The notes beneath the pieces are model-generated. The model did not search any database, was not told where the DNA came from, and saw only the letters and a list, made by a program, of their open reading frames with translations. The translations under genes were made by a program, and so were the position numbers. Of a stretch of DNA of 64,000 nt, positions 26,121-40,520 are shown piece after piece. The stretch's first letter is position 1; each line of letters opens with the position of its first letter. Source of the stretch: the human T2T-CHM13v2.0 reference genome, Homo sapiens; NCBI RefSeq assembly GCF_009914755.1, contig NC_060927.1. One strand, given 5' to 3'.

Positions 26121-28025
26121 TGTGCAATGCACACTATCTAGCTCTGAAGGCTTTGCCTTTCTCCTCCTGTGATGCCCACCACCTTCCTCATTTAGATGAA
26201 ACACTTTGTAGATAACTATGCTCAATAAACCTGATGGATGTTTATTGATGGATCCCTGGGCCAGCAGTTTGAGAGACCACTTATAAATACAAAGGTGCAC
26301 AAAATCATTCTTGTTCTTTGTCTATAACCAAAAAATCATATTGTGTATCAATTGCAAATGAACTATAATGAAACAATAATATTCTTAGGGACTTGATAAC
26401 AATGTTGACTGTTGGAGACTCTTGAAAAAAATAAGATGATTTTGGGAACTTGTTAAAGCTTGTGTTTACTCTCAAATTTAAGGGAGAATGCATATGGCAC
26501 TAATAGAAGTTAGACAATAGAGTGATGACTTAATGTTTTGGAAATTTAGGGGACAGGTGTGACAGCCTATTGTGTCTCAGAACAAGCAATTTGAACAAAG
26601 ACATAAAGTATACAAATGGGAAGAGAATTTGATTTCACTTAATTTTATTTGGTAGAACTTAACACTTGAACAACTGCTGTTTGCTAGACTTTAAGAGTTT
26701 TAAAATTCCCCTTTCTCCCTAATGGATCCTGAAGAGAAATGTATCCATTTGTTTCATGGCAAATGTTCAATTGCAGATTTGAGGGATAATAAAAGCTCTT
26801 ACCTTACTATTTAATTATTCAGTTGACTGCTAGAAAGATTAAGCTACCTAAATGGGTTTGTAACTCAGAAATGACAATATATGCTTATTTTAAAAGATAG
26901 CCATGTAATTCCAAGACAAACTAGTGGCAATCTAGATTTTTATTATGACAGTAGCAATTTGGAAATTATGCCAAAAGTTCAAAAAAATTGGCAGTCATAA
27001 GTTTGCTTTTTTACTTGATAGTCTTGAATATGCTTTCTGTGACAAGTATTATATTCCTGAAACTTCTACACTGAACACCCAGAGTGAATAATTGCATAAA
27101 ATGTAACAATGAGATATTTATAAATATAATATTTTTCTATTCAACGATTACATTTTTCTATAAGAAGAGTTTGATGTATATTTAATGCTAGACCTACTTT
27201 AAAATATGTACACATTACTAAAGGGAAAATGCATTAAAAGAAACCACTGTATTATCAATTTCTGGTAAAGCTTAAAAATGTTGTCATTAATTATAGATGG
27301 AGCACTTTTCCTGTGATATATTCCTATTTGTTTGACACCTGGCAGGGCCTGCACCAATTTATTCACTTTCTCTGTTACACAGCATTCAATCCCTGGGGCC
27401 ATTATTTCTGAGGGAAACCAAGTAACATAACCAGAAGCCTCCATGAATGATTCATACTAGAACACTCTAGAACATGCTGCCCAATGGGATATGCTGACTG
27501 ACTAATCCAAATTGATGGCTGGAGCTTCTGTGGTGTCACAAGGAAGTGATCCACTTACCAGATCCTCGAGATTAGCTAAACCCTTTCAGCAGCTGCTGAG
27601 CCTCATAGGTCTCCCCTTGTCCGCACGTATTATCTGCAACGTTATCGGGATAGAGCATTTCCTAAACAAACGCACGCGCATAAACACTGTAAAATAGCTG
27701 CTTGTCTCTGGCACCTCCGAGACACTTAGTAGCGTCTTTATCTCTTTTATATTGAATAACCTCTTCACTAGTATAGAAGCAGTGCATTTATATTTATAGA
27801 AAATTAGGAAACACAAACAAAAACTTCACCTTACCATCACCCAGAATCACCATATGTTAGATCTTCGTCCATATGCTTCCGAATCTTTATGTATTTGTAC
27901 ATATATTTGTATTTATATACACACATATTAGTATGTATTCTGCTTTACCAGTGTGAGATGACACTCCACTTACTGTCTTAAAACTTACATTTTCAGCCAA
28001 TGATCTTTACCTTTCCACTTCAGTA

Positions 28026-28304
28026 CTTTTTTTTTGAGACAGGGTCTCACTCTGCCGCCCAGGCTGGAGTACGGTAGCGCAAACACTGCTCACTGCAGCC
28101 TCTACCTCCTGGGCTCAGGTGATCCTCCCACCTCAGTGTCTTGGGTAACTAGGACTACAACTACTGTCACACTGGGCTAATTTTGTTGTTGTTGTTGTTG
28201 TTGTATTTTTTGTAGAGACAGGGCATCACTATGTTGCCCAGGCTGGTCTTGAATTCCTGGGCTCAAGTGATCTGTCCACCTCAGCCGAGCCACTGTGTCT
28301 GGCC
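28026..28304 (-). mobile_element. AluJ with (TTG)n linker and ~26-bp deletion in the left arm
   Basis: cctcagcc joined directly to gagccact; TSD ccact(t)cagta. Confidence 0.9.
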
Positions 28305-28680
28305 CACTCAGTATATTTTTATGTCATTGAATAGCTAAACCATATTCAAATTTCACCAATTAAGCTAAAAAGACCTTTATAACTGGCTTGTCCTCTCCAG
28401 AAATCCTCTCAAGAATCAAATCTGGCTGATATAGTCCTTATTTCTACCCAGTCTATCCTGATTTCCTTTTTGATGACATTGGCTTGTTGAGGACACTGGA
28501 CTGGTTTTCCTGTGGAATATCTCACCTTCTAGATTTGTCTGATTGCTTCCTTACTGTGCCATGTAGCTGATTCCTGTACCCCTCCATCTCCTGCAAATGA
28601 TAGGTTAGATCTAAAGGACTGATGGATTCAAGACAAGCATTTTTGGCTAGAATATACCATAAGGGATTCTGTATCTAGAA

Positions 28681-28883
28681 CTACACTACTCAGTGTGGTA
28701 GCTACCAGCCACATGTACCCATTTAAATTTAAGCTTAAATAAATTAAAATGAAAAATTCAGTTCCTCAGTTGTATTAGCCACATTTCAAGTGCTCAATAG
28801 CCCCATGTGGCTAGTGGCTACCACTTAGACAGGGCAGATATGAAATATTTCTTTCATTGAAGAAAATTCTACTAGACATACTA
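28681..28883 (-). mobile_element. MER3 (hAT-Charlie)
   Basis: aaaaattcagttcctcagttgtattagccacatttcaagtgctcaatagccccatgtggctagtggctacc. Confidence 0.92.
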
Positions 28884-28889
28884 ACTAGA

Positions 28890-29404
28890 GAATGAGTCCA
28901 TTTCTCCATCTCTTGAATCTGGGCATCACTATGCAACTTTGTTCAGCCAATAGGATACTAATAAACATCATGCAATCAGAGGCTCGGAAAATGCTTGTGT
29001 ACCAGGGCTTTCCCTCTTTTGCTATTGAAACCTCGAGACCACCACGTGAAGGAGCTCAGGCCAGCCTACTGGAGGATGAGACACCACATGGAGCATGGCC
29101 CCAGCTAGTCCAGATGAGTTCCCAGAGATGTGAGTCAAGCCATCCTAGATCATCTCAACAGACCATGTGAAGGGAGGCCTCAGCCATCCAGCCATCTCTG
29201 CTAACTGCCAGACATTTGAGTGAGGTCATCTGGGATCCATCAGCCCCAGCTGGGCCACCAGCTGTCCGTAGAGACCAATAAATTTGGCCCAGACAGAAGA
29301 ACCAACCAGCTGACCCACAGAGTAATAAAGAATAAGAAATGATTATTGTTTTTAGCCACTAGATTCTTTGAATGATTTGTTACTCAGCAATAAATAACTG
29401 ACAC
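28890..29404 (+). mobile_element. MLT1 (G/H-like) LTR
   Basis: cagcctactggaggatgagacaccacatggag; terminal ttgttactcagcaataaataactgacaca. Confidence 0.75.
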
Positions 29405-30025
29405 ATGATCAGAAAGGAATTTATATAATGTTACTTTGGTCCTATGTCTTGTTCTGTATCCCACTCACTTAATATATAAATCTTGCCTAAATCAATAATT
29501 TCATTAGGTTTTGCAAGATCAGGTTTTCAACCTTTATCGTTTCTTCTACGTTCATTAACTGGTGTTCTTTTGTAAAGTAGAGATTCTCTTCAACAGGTGG
29601 GCTAGTTGGCTATCCTGTCATATAGTTCCTACTGGAAAAGGCAAAATGTTTAATTTTTTTCCTTTAATGACCAACTAAAAAGTAAGGAGTGGTTTAATGG
29701 CCATCTCGTATAATGTCTTTTCAGGCTTTCTCTTTTTTTAGTATCTTTATGAAGTCACACATTTCATTTATTAAATACATTTTATCTATAATCATTATTT
29801 TATTAAATTTTATTGTGGTAAGAAAACAACATGAGATTTCTCATTTACAAATTAAAAATTTGTAAAAAAACCCACAAATTTGTAAGTGTTCAATACATTA
29901 TTGTTGACTGGGGGCACCATGTTACACAGTAGATCTCTAGAGCTTATTCATCTTGCTTGACTGGAACTTTATGCCTGTTGTTGCCTCTGTCCCAGAGCTC
30001 CAGCTCCTGTCAACCACCATTCCGC

Positions 30026-30157
30026 TTTTTTAAATTTTAGTTTTTTGAGATGGGAGTCTCATTGTGTTGCCCAGGCTGGTCTTGAACTTCTGGGCTCAAG
30101 CGATCTTCCTGGCTCAGACTCCTGGATAGCTGGGATTACAGGCATGAGCCACTGTGT
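30026..30157 (-). mobile_element. FLAM Alu monomer
   Basis: gttgcccaggctggtcttgaacttctgggctcaagcgatc. Confidence 0.85.
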
Positions 30158-30834
30158 GATTCCATAAATTTGACTGCTTTAGGTACTTCAAATATGTGGA
30201 ATCATGCAATATGTTGCTTTCTGTGACTGCTTTACTTAGCATAATATTCTCATAAAGTTCAGCTATGTTGTCACATATAGTAGAAATTTCTTCTTTTTTA
30301 ACTTTGAATAATATTCCACTGTGTGGATATACCACATTTCACTATTAATTTTCTCATGAACATTTAGTTTTTTCCATATCTTGGCTATTATGAATAACCA
30401 TTGTATATGGTATAAGGATCCAATTTCATTCTTTAGCAGATGGATAGCCAGTTTCCCATCATTTATTAGAGACTGTCCTTTCCCCATTGTATATCTTGAT
30501 ACCCTTATTGAAGACCAGTTGACCATGTATTATGCACGGATTTATTTCTGGGCTATTTGCTCTATTGGTCCATATGTCTGTCTTTATGCCAGTATAGACA
30601 TATATACTATACTGTTTTCATTACTGTAGCTTTGCAATATATTCTGAAATTGGGAAGTATTATGCTTCCAGCTTTGGTCTTCTTTCCCAAGATTGATTTT
30701 GAATATTCCTTCCTGTGGTCTTTTATGGTTCCATATGAATTATAGAATTCTGTTTTTGTAAAATATGTCATTAGGATTTTGATATTGTATTGAATTTGTA
30801 GATCACTTTGGAAAGTATGAACATTTTAACAATA

Positions 30835-31198
30835 CAGTAGTTCCCCCAACAATTGTCTGCAGGTTTGCTTCCTATGGTTTCAGTTATCCACAGTCAACCA
30901 CATTCTGAAAATATTCAATGAAAAATTACAGAAATAATTCATTAGTTTTCAATTTTGTGCCATTCTGAGCAGTGTGATGAAATCTCATGTTATGTTGCTC
31001 TGTCCTACCTGAGACATGAATCATCCCTTTGTCCAGCATATCCATCTTATATATGCCACCCACCCATTAATCACTTAGCAGTCATCTCAGTTATGAGATT
31101 AAAAAACATAGTATATTTAGGTTTCAGTACTATCTGTGGTATGAGGCATCCACCAGAGGCCTTGGAATGTATCCCCCATGGATAAAGGGGGACTTTTA
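30835..31198 (+). mobile_element. MER44/Tigger7 derivative (TcMar-Tigger)
   Basis: TIRs cagtagttccccc ... ggataaagggggact; inserted at a TA within L1 acattttaacaata|ttaagtc. Confidence 0.9.
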
Positions 31199-32239
31199 TA
31201 TTAAGTCTTCTAAATGATGAACATGGATGTCTTTCCATTTGTTTGTGTCTTGTTTAACTTCTTTCATCAATGTTTTGTAGTTTTCAGCATTCAAGTCTTT
31301 CACCCCCTTAGTTAAGTTTATTCCAGTATTTTACTTTTTTGGTGCTATTGTTAGTACGATTATTTTCCTAATTTCCTTTTCAGGTAGCTCATTGTTAGTG
31401 TATAGATATGCAACTGATTTTGATATGTTGGTTTTGTGTCCTGCTACTTTACTGAATTTATTTATTATTAATAGTTCTAAAGGATTTTCTAATGGAGTCT
31501 TTAGGGTTTTCTATATATAACTTCATGTCATCTGCAAACAGGGACAATTTTACTTCTTCCTTTCCAATTCAAATGCCTTTTATTTCTTGTTCTTCTTAAT
31601 CGTTATTCTTTTTGATGCTCAGTTGACCCATCTGTAACCAGAAGAAGCCCCTTCATACTGCCTTCTAAGTTATTTTGACACAAATCTACTAATCCTGGAA
31701 ATTTACTTGCTCTCTGGTAGAACAAGCCGCCTCCGGCTCACCAAGTATCTTCTTTGCTTCAGACTCGCCATTTCTCTAAGGAGTGCCAGGTCCTTTAAGA
31801 AGGATTTTCTTCTATTGAAGAAAATCCAGGTACTGTGGTGTTCATTTCTACTGAGGTGACATGACTTGCAGGCCATTCCATTTATAGAAATATAATTTGG
31901 TATAAGGACTTCCTTTCCCAGGCTCCTCATTTTGCTCTTTGTTCTCAAATTAGCTCACAGCAGTTCTCACTCAAGGTGCAACCCTCTCCTGTGTTTGGTC
32001 ATTGGGAGATTTGCAGTTTGTAGGAAATTTCAGCATTCTGCTTTCCTTCCTGTTGCACCATGGTTGATTTCATGCCAGTTCTGCTACCTTGGGGTTTGAG
32101 GTTTTCTAAAATCTCTTAGTTTTGCTAAAGATGTTGATGTTGTCCATGAGTTTTGTCTTTTCTTATTCATGATGTTCTGTGTGCTTTTCAGAAACTGTAG
32201 TAGAACAATTGAAAACCGAGTGCTACAATCCCTATACTT

Positions 32240-32750
32240 AATCCTCAATGCGTGGGCAAGTGACCCAGGCCAGGTTCATCAGAATGGTTCATCCTCCCGG
32301 TCATGGTTATTAGTCAGAGAAAGGCACTATTCAATCAAAAGCCATGTGGTCCTTTTGCTGGAACTGTTGGGTTAGAGGAGCCTAATTCTTCCCGTGGTCT
32401 TTTGTGGTTCCATATGAATTATAGAATTCATATGAAAGCCTGGAATTGCTGATAGCTAATGGAGAGACCCTGACTGACTGAGCCTGAAGCCAGCATAGAG
32501 AAGAGAATGGAAAGGTGAAAAGAGATAAACTGCTGAGGACTTCATTTGAGCATCTGGGTCTGGCATTCCCTGGAGCCAGACCAAACCTAGGTTTTTCACT
32601 TATGTAATTTTAAAAATTCCTTTTGGTTAACTAAAATAATTAGGATGAAGTGTTTATCCCAGCAAGTGGCACACAGTAAGCCCCCAATATATGTTATCAT
32701 TGTTATTTTTGAAACCAATTTGAGTTGCGTTTCTATCATTTGCAACTACA
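32240..32750 (+). mobile_element. MLT1 (K/L-like) LTR with a MIR tail fragment at ~32630-32705
   Basis: cttttgctggaactgttggg; catttgagcatctgg; aaccaatttgagttgcgtttctatcatttgcaact. Confidence 0.65.
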
Positions 32751-33498
32751 ATAATAATGACAACTAAGAAAATAATACCAAAGATTTTTGAGAAGTGTGC
32801 TAGGTACTTTACATATTACTTCACTAAATCCTCACTTCAAGCCATGAGGTAAGTATTCTTATTCACATTTTATAGAGTTGAAAAGGAACTGAAGCTTCAA
32901 GAAGCTTAAGTACTTTGGTCACAGAGCTAGTAAGCTGAGATTTCAACCTTAGCATTTAGTGCCTCAAATCACTTAAAAATTATTTGTGATTTTTAAAATA
33001 ATTTAAAAATATAGGCACTTAATTGAAATCAGCCAGAAAATCACCTATAACATTATGCTTTGTCAAGAGATATGTCTGTGTGTTTAGAGTCTACGCTTTG
33101 TTAATGGCTCATGAAGTTGGAAGCTGCGCTGATTTTCCCAATAGTGCACTGTAATGGCTTTATACCAGATTTTATAACCAAATGCCCAATTTTACTTTGC
33201 AGAGCTCTTCATGTTGATTTCTTTGAAAACTGCCAATTCCAACAATTAGCAGAGTAGCTGAACAACTGAACATAGTGGGATAAAGAAGACCAGATTTCTA
33301 GGACAATGCCTTATTTATGAGAGGAAATTCTATTCAGCAGCCTCTCGCTTCCAAAGCAATGAAATTTCTTCTCCTAGACAAATAGAACAGCATGTTTCAA
33401 AATATGCACTCTTCACCATTTAATGGAAATTTCATGAAAGTGTTACAAATGGAATTAAATTACTATCCATTTTTCTTTTTAAATATGTTCAGTAATAA

Positions 33499-33856
<358 letters not shown>

Positions 33857-34094
33857 TTAACCCCATTTCTTTATGGCACCTTTGTAATAATCATTCCATT
33901 AATAAGCTCTAATGCTTTTCTACTTCCTTCAATGGAAAAAAAAAACAGTAAAAGGAAAAAGAAAAAGAATGAAAATACTCTGTCCCATCAACATCTAATT
34001 GGAACTTCTCTGGGGAAAGATTTATTTTTTAAGTACGATTATATAGCTTTTAATGTCTAGGATAATTCTCTTAAGTTTACAGCCAGCCTGTGTC

Positions 34095-34230
34095 TGGAAA
34101 AGTAATTAAAATAATACTATGAGTTAGGTACTATTGTTGTCCCCATTTTACAAATAAGAAATCACAGGCTCAGAGAAGTTAAATGAGCTGAGAAGCAGCA
34201 CACAGCTAGTCAGTGAAAGGATATAAACCT
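34095..34230 (-). mobile_element. MIR fragment
   Basis: ccccattttacaaataagaaatcacaggctcagagaagttaa. Confidence 0.75.
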
Positions 34231-34927
34231 AGATGATTAAACATTTATGCTTGCCGTTTCTACTTTTTCTCTTCTAATGAGTTTATTGAAGACTTGGGAG
34301 TTGGAAAGGATAACTCACATCTGCTCCAGGAATTGCCACTTCCAGAGCCTACTGTCCTGAGCTTATCCTCGGGGACTTACCTGCTTCCCAGGAGACCTCC
34401 ACAAGCCAAGGATACAGCTAAGCCACCCGCCGAGAGATCAAGGTCTCCCATACGGAGGAGAAAAGTTTTCCCTAGCTTCTTATCATTCCCAGGTTGACTT
34501 CTCAGTCCCTAGAATGACAGACAGTGCTAACATCCAATTCCAAAGAGGGAGGCCCACCACCGTACCACCTGGTCTGCTCTCAGAATCCTGTTCCATATGG
34601 AACGCAGCAGGTCAGATGCTTGGTGCCAGGCATGGTAAAATGGAAAAATGCTGAAGGCTGTGTCTGTTGGGCATGTGCCATCTTATAGAAATGGAAAGTA
34701 GATTCCAAACATTCAATAATCTCATGTTACGGTTCATGAGTACCTTAGAATCAACTGAATTTTCACTTTTCATCTATTGTAGGGGATAGGTGTTAGAAGG
34801 ATCCACGAGGATGGCTTCCACCTTCCAGCAGTGGTCGGCAATCCCATGACTGGAATTGGTCCCTATTGATCTTCGGTGGCATTTTGTCCAAGGTCACTGC
34901 TTACCTCCAATCTGATCCTTATTTTGG

Positions 34928-35150
34928 AGGCAGTGCAGCACAGAGGAAAGAACTAGGCACTGGTATCTCAGAGATTGGGAATGGAATCCCCATTCTGTTT
35001 CTCACTAGCTGTATGGTCTTGAGCAAGAAGCTTTCACATTCAGATCTTCAGCTGCCTCATCTAATATCCAATAGTGATAGTGAAGAATAAAGGAGACAAT
35101 ATATGGAGATTATTTAGCACATGCCTGGCACACAGTGGGTATCTTAGAAA
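34928..35150 (+). mobile_element. MIR
   Basis: cactagctgtatggtcttgagcaag ... tttagcacatgcctggcacacagt. Confidence 0.75.
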
Positions 35151-36934
35151 GAGTAGCTTTTGTGTCTTCAACTCAGCTTTTAGAGAGCATTCATGTTTTA
35201 CTGATCCATTTCCTACTGCCCTCCTCGGTAGCCATGAACCTAGCATGTGCCTTAATATGTGTTCAGTAAATATTTGCTGAATGATGAATACGCGAATAAA
35301 TGAATGAATATGAAAACTGTCTATGATGTCTAGAGGGACATTTGAGCAATCTCATTTTTTAGTCGTGGAGAGCAATATCTGCTATTTGGCAGATAGCATT
35401 ATCAGGAATCATCAGAAAGCATGCAGAGTTGTGAAATGTCAATGCACCCATCCTTTGAAGAGTCGGCACTTCTGCCAAAGCTGCACAGAGCAGAAAGCTA
35501 GCTGGAAATGAACAGTGGCCTTCTCCATCACGCTTCAGCCCCAGGAGAGCAATGGGGGTTGCCTTGGGAGCAAGTACCCCATCACTGAATGACTAGACAG
35601 CTAGCAGCACCCAGGAGGGCCCATGGGCTGCTGGGCATTGGGTTGAGAGCTGGGAAACAGAGCTGAAAGACAAAACTCCTGCTTTTGAAAGTTCACAGCT
35701 GCTGAAGAAGACAGCTAAAGAGAATCCAGGTTGTGGGGTGAGCAGGGTGGATACAGGATGTGATTTGAGAGGTGGCAAGACCCCCTTGCCTAACAGTCTC
35801 TCCTTATCTGGTACCAGGCCTGGAATCCCCCATTCTGCAGACTCTGGGGCTAGATCAAGCTGTGTCTAAATTCTTCTCTGTATCCATCCTTGGCCCCTTA
35901 CAGCCCAAGTTCCTTGATCCTTTGGTGACAATGGTCACTTTTCACATAACTTTCAGTTTCAGTCTGAACAAAAGGCAAGATTCACTCAAGCCAACACCTG
36001 TCATTCACCAGTCATTCTTCCTTTAGTTATTGAAATTGTCGCTGAGGATCTTTTATATGCTGGACACTGAGAAGAGGCTGGAGTCACAGGGGACACAGGC
36101 TACACATTTATGGGGCCCAGCCTGGCAGGAAAGACAGACAATTGAACAAAGCGACTATAGAAGAGTGTGCTGACAGCTATCAGAAGGGAAGAACAGCGGG
36201 CCCAGGGAAGTACACAGCAGTGGGGAACCAACGTTGATTTAAGGGTAGATCTGAGTGAGACCCAAAGGCTAAATAAGGGTGTTTAGGCAAGATGGAGTCC
36301 TCATGTCATAATGGCTAGAAGGGTGCAGTCTAGGGTCTGATGGCCAAGGTTCACATCCTGGGCAAGTCAATGTACCCACCTCAGCCTCAATTTCCACATT
36401 TAAAAAATGAAAATAATAATAATTCTGACCTCATAGGTTATTGTCCTCATGGATAAAGATTAAAATATATAATATTAAAATATATCTATATTATGACACA
36501 ACTATAAATGTATTTATATATAATGTTTATTGTCAGAGTATCTGACACATAAGGAGAATTTATAAGGAAAATAATTATTAAGGATGGGCGTAGGAAAAAG
36601 TTCTCACTATTGAAAGGATAGCAAGCGTCCCCAGATATAAGAAAGAGAACAAAAAATGAGGCTGAGGAATTTGTGAAGAAGTTTGTTATGGCTAGATTCT
36701 GCATGAGAAGTAGGGAGTGTCTAAAACTTGGTTTGGAAAAGCAGGCACCAGAGAGGATCACCTATGCTGCTAGTCTAGTCCTGAAGTGGGGCTTCATTTT
36801 TGATGTCTAGACATCTGGCTCATTCAAAACCGTCCAATCCTACAACTGGCCCCAAAGACAGACATCCCCCTCAGTCACTGTTCACTGGTTTTGACTGCAG
36901 TGATCTCTTAGTACCCAATTCTGTCTCAGGTCTG

Positions 36935-37740
<806 letters not shown>

Positions 37741-37789
37741 GACACAGATGGGTCCTGGGCCTTTCATATGCCTTTCTGCAGAACTATAT

Positions 37790-38200
37790 CTCCTTAAAGC
37801 CTTTGCCTCTGGTTCCCAGGTAGATTCAATTGGAGACACTGATGGAAGGACGAGAGGAGCGAGAAGCCAATAAATTTATCTTTCTCTCTGCTTCAGGTGG
37901 TGTCATAGACAATGGCTGTGTCTCCTCTGGGACCCTCCCTTCATTGTCCCAGCTTCTGCTGATCAGACTCACCATAGTTCTGGCATCTACTAATTGGCCC
38001 TGGGCTCTGGTTGCATTGCCTCCTCCCCTGGTCCTCCCCAGCCCTAGGTGCAGAAGAGAGTCACTAACCACTGGGCAGGCTTGCCATCTATCATTTGGCC
38101 TCTCAACCCTTCCATCATCTGCATAATCAGCTCCCGATATACATTTCACTCTATTTGAAATACCTGGAGTGGTTCCACTGTGACAACCAGATCTTGACTC
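37790..38200 (+). mobile_element. ERVL LTR (LTR33/LTR41-like)
   Basis: ctttgcctctggttcc; caatggctgtgtctcctct; ccccagccctaggtg. Confidence 0.5.
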
Positions 38201-38404
38201 TTACAGCTCCCCGAAGGAAAGTCCAGGAACGAGAATGAATGGCAGGCAGACAAAATTAATAGATGCCCACTGTGGATTAAATGCTGGTTTGTTCTTGTGA
38301 GTTTCTCTTCCAGGAACTGAAGTTTTGCCCTTCATTCCAGCCTGTCCCTGCTTTATTGTTACTTTTGAACATAACTCTTCTGTGCTGTCTTCCAGGAGGC
38401 CCAA

Positions 38405-38632
38405 AATAACAGCAGCAGCAAGCACTTACGTGCCACACACTGTCCAAGAAGTGACTTACATGCTTTACAGGTGTTAACTCGGTTCTCATAATGACACTAT
38501 GAAGCAGTACCACTGTATCTCTGCTTTACAGATGAGCAAACCGAAGCACAAAGAAGTAACTTCCTCAAAGTCAAAGAGCTGGCGAGAGGTCAAGCTAACA
38601 CTTGAATCTGGCATTGTAGCTTCAGAGCCTAC
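38405..38632 (-). mobile_element. MIR
   Basis: ctttacagatgagcaaaccgaagcacaaagaag. Confidence 0.8.
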
Positions 38633-38931
38633 TTTTTTTTTTTTTTTTTAGATAGGGTCTTACTCTGTTGCCCAGGCTGGAGTGCAGGGAGCGCCATGTT
38701 GGCTCACTGCAGCCTCTGCCTCCTGGGTTCAAGCAATTCTCCTGCCTTAGCCTCCTGAGTTGCTGGGATTACAGGTGTGTGCCACCACACCTGGCTAATT
38801 TTTGCATATTTAGTAAAGATGGGGTTTTGCCATGTTGGCCAGGCTGGTATTGAACCCCTGACCTCAAGTGATCCACCTGCCTTGGCCTCCCAAAGTGCCA
38901 GGATTACAGGCATGAGTCACTATGCCTGGAC
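38633..38931 (-). mobile_element. AluSz/Sx
   Basis: Full dimer; TSD gagc(c/t)tactt. Confidence 0.93.
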
Positions 38932-40369
38932 TGGAGCTTACTTCTTAACCAGGAGGCTTGATTGCCTCTAGGAAAAGGAGGGGTCAGCTAAAGTCTGCAA
39001 AGATCCACTTTCCACAACATTATTTGGATAAAGGTGGAAATTCCTCTGTGCAGAAGTGACAGGCACACCCCACCCAAAACAGCCAATCTCCACCACAGGT
39101 GCCCACCACCTGGAGGGCCCAGAGGAGGCAGAGATGCCCTGCAATTTTGTTTTGGGTTTTCCTCTTGGCAGCACTTGCCAACTATGGAGCATAGCCTGAT
39201 GATCCCTAATAAACTCTGAGTTATAAAAGGGGATTAAAGCTCTATCTGCAAAAATCATTTGTGGTTCAAAACAATCACCATGCTTGCAAGAAATGTGGTG
39301 GCGAATTATGTGAAAATTGCATGAAAACCTTGCCAAATCCTCGCTCAGCATTCCAGTTAGTAGAATCCAAATGAAATGAGGAAATAATCACGGGGCTAAG
39401 ATGATGCCTAATTAAAGCTAAATTTAGCCAACTCTGGTTTTTCAGAGTTGTCATGAAATCCATTTCAACTCAGACAACAATAACAGCAAACCAAGATAAT
39501 GAGGAAAGGGATTTAATTTGAAAGGTGGAATGCCATCAATATAATAATTAATATTAAAAACACACACACACACAAGGGCCAAATGACATGGGCAGTTTTT
39601 GGTTGACATTTTCAGTGATTTCACTGTGGCTTCACGGCTTTTTTACTTAAAAAAAAAAAAAAAAAGAAAAAAAAAGAGCAAGTGAGAAGAATATCAGGCA
39701 ATATGGTGATTTTCTTGCCATTTTCAGTGGCTCTCAGTGACCTGGTGGGTGTCTCATTGCAACACAGCGCAGGAGACCAGACTCTAATTACAAGGCAGGG
39801 CAGATTCCGGCTCTGCCCTTCCTGACAACTCCATCGCAGGCCTGGGAGTGATACCACAGGTCTGGCTCTAAATTAGATTGGGAGGAAAGGAGAGACAGTC
39901 TGCTCAGGGCGCTGGCAGGCCACACCAAATGAGTGCTTTAGCCCTGGGCTGCCTTCCCCGTGAGGCTTTGCTTCCGCCTCACTTAATATACGACCCTGAG
40001 AAATAATCAGGAAACATCAGTGAAGTTTCCAGTCTCATGAAAGAGAAGCAGACAGGAGAGTGAGATGAGAGGTGAGGAAGTGGTTGATCTAGGAAGTATC
40101 CTTCACAGCTGGGATTCGGACACCCGCTGCCACACACGAGTATAACAAGAAGGCCTTCGGCTTCAGCTGATTTTCTGCCTTTCCTCAGCCCTTGGAGGCA
40201 GGGAAGGGACATAAAAATCTGAACAGTGTTTATGTGGATACTGACCTGCCCTCCATCTCCAGTGAGAACTGAGTGAGCCCAGACTTGAATTTCTCTTAGA
40301 ATTCCCCAATATTCAGTTATCGTTTCTTAGCTGCCAACCACTTTTATCGTCTTATTTAGGGTGTAGTGC

Positions 40370-40520
40370 AATACTAAAAAGTAAGTATCATTACCCCCAT
40401 TTTACAGATTAAGAAACCAGGACTGCAGGAAGTTGAATAACTTCCCCACAACCCACAGAACAGTAAGTGGCACATTTGGGATTCAAGCCAAAAACTGCCA
40501 GACTATAGTACAATACTGCC
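40370..40520 (-). mobile_element. MIR fragment
   Basis: cccccattttacagattaagaaacc...gggattcaagcc. Confidence 0.75.

Larger units (their letters stand above)
29800..31598 (-). mobile_element. L1MA9/L1MB-type 3' portion, interrupted by FLAM and MER44
   Basis: cagtagatctctagagcttattcatcttgc; antisense ORF2 gtcatctgcaaacagggacaattttacttcttcctttccaatt. Confidence 0.85.
28400..31900 (-). mobile_element. Old L1MC-type 3' region, fragmented by nested MER3, MLT1 and L1MA/MB insertions
   Basis: ggttagatctaaaggactgatggattcaag; ttattctttttgatgctcag...gaagccccttca. Confidence 0.6.
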
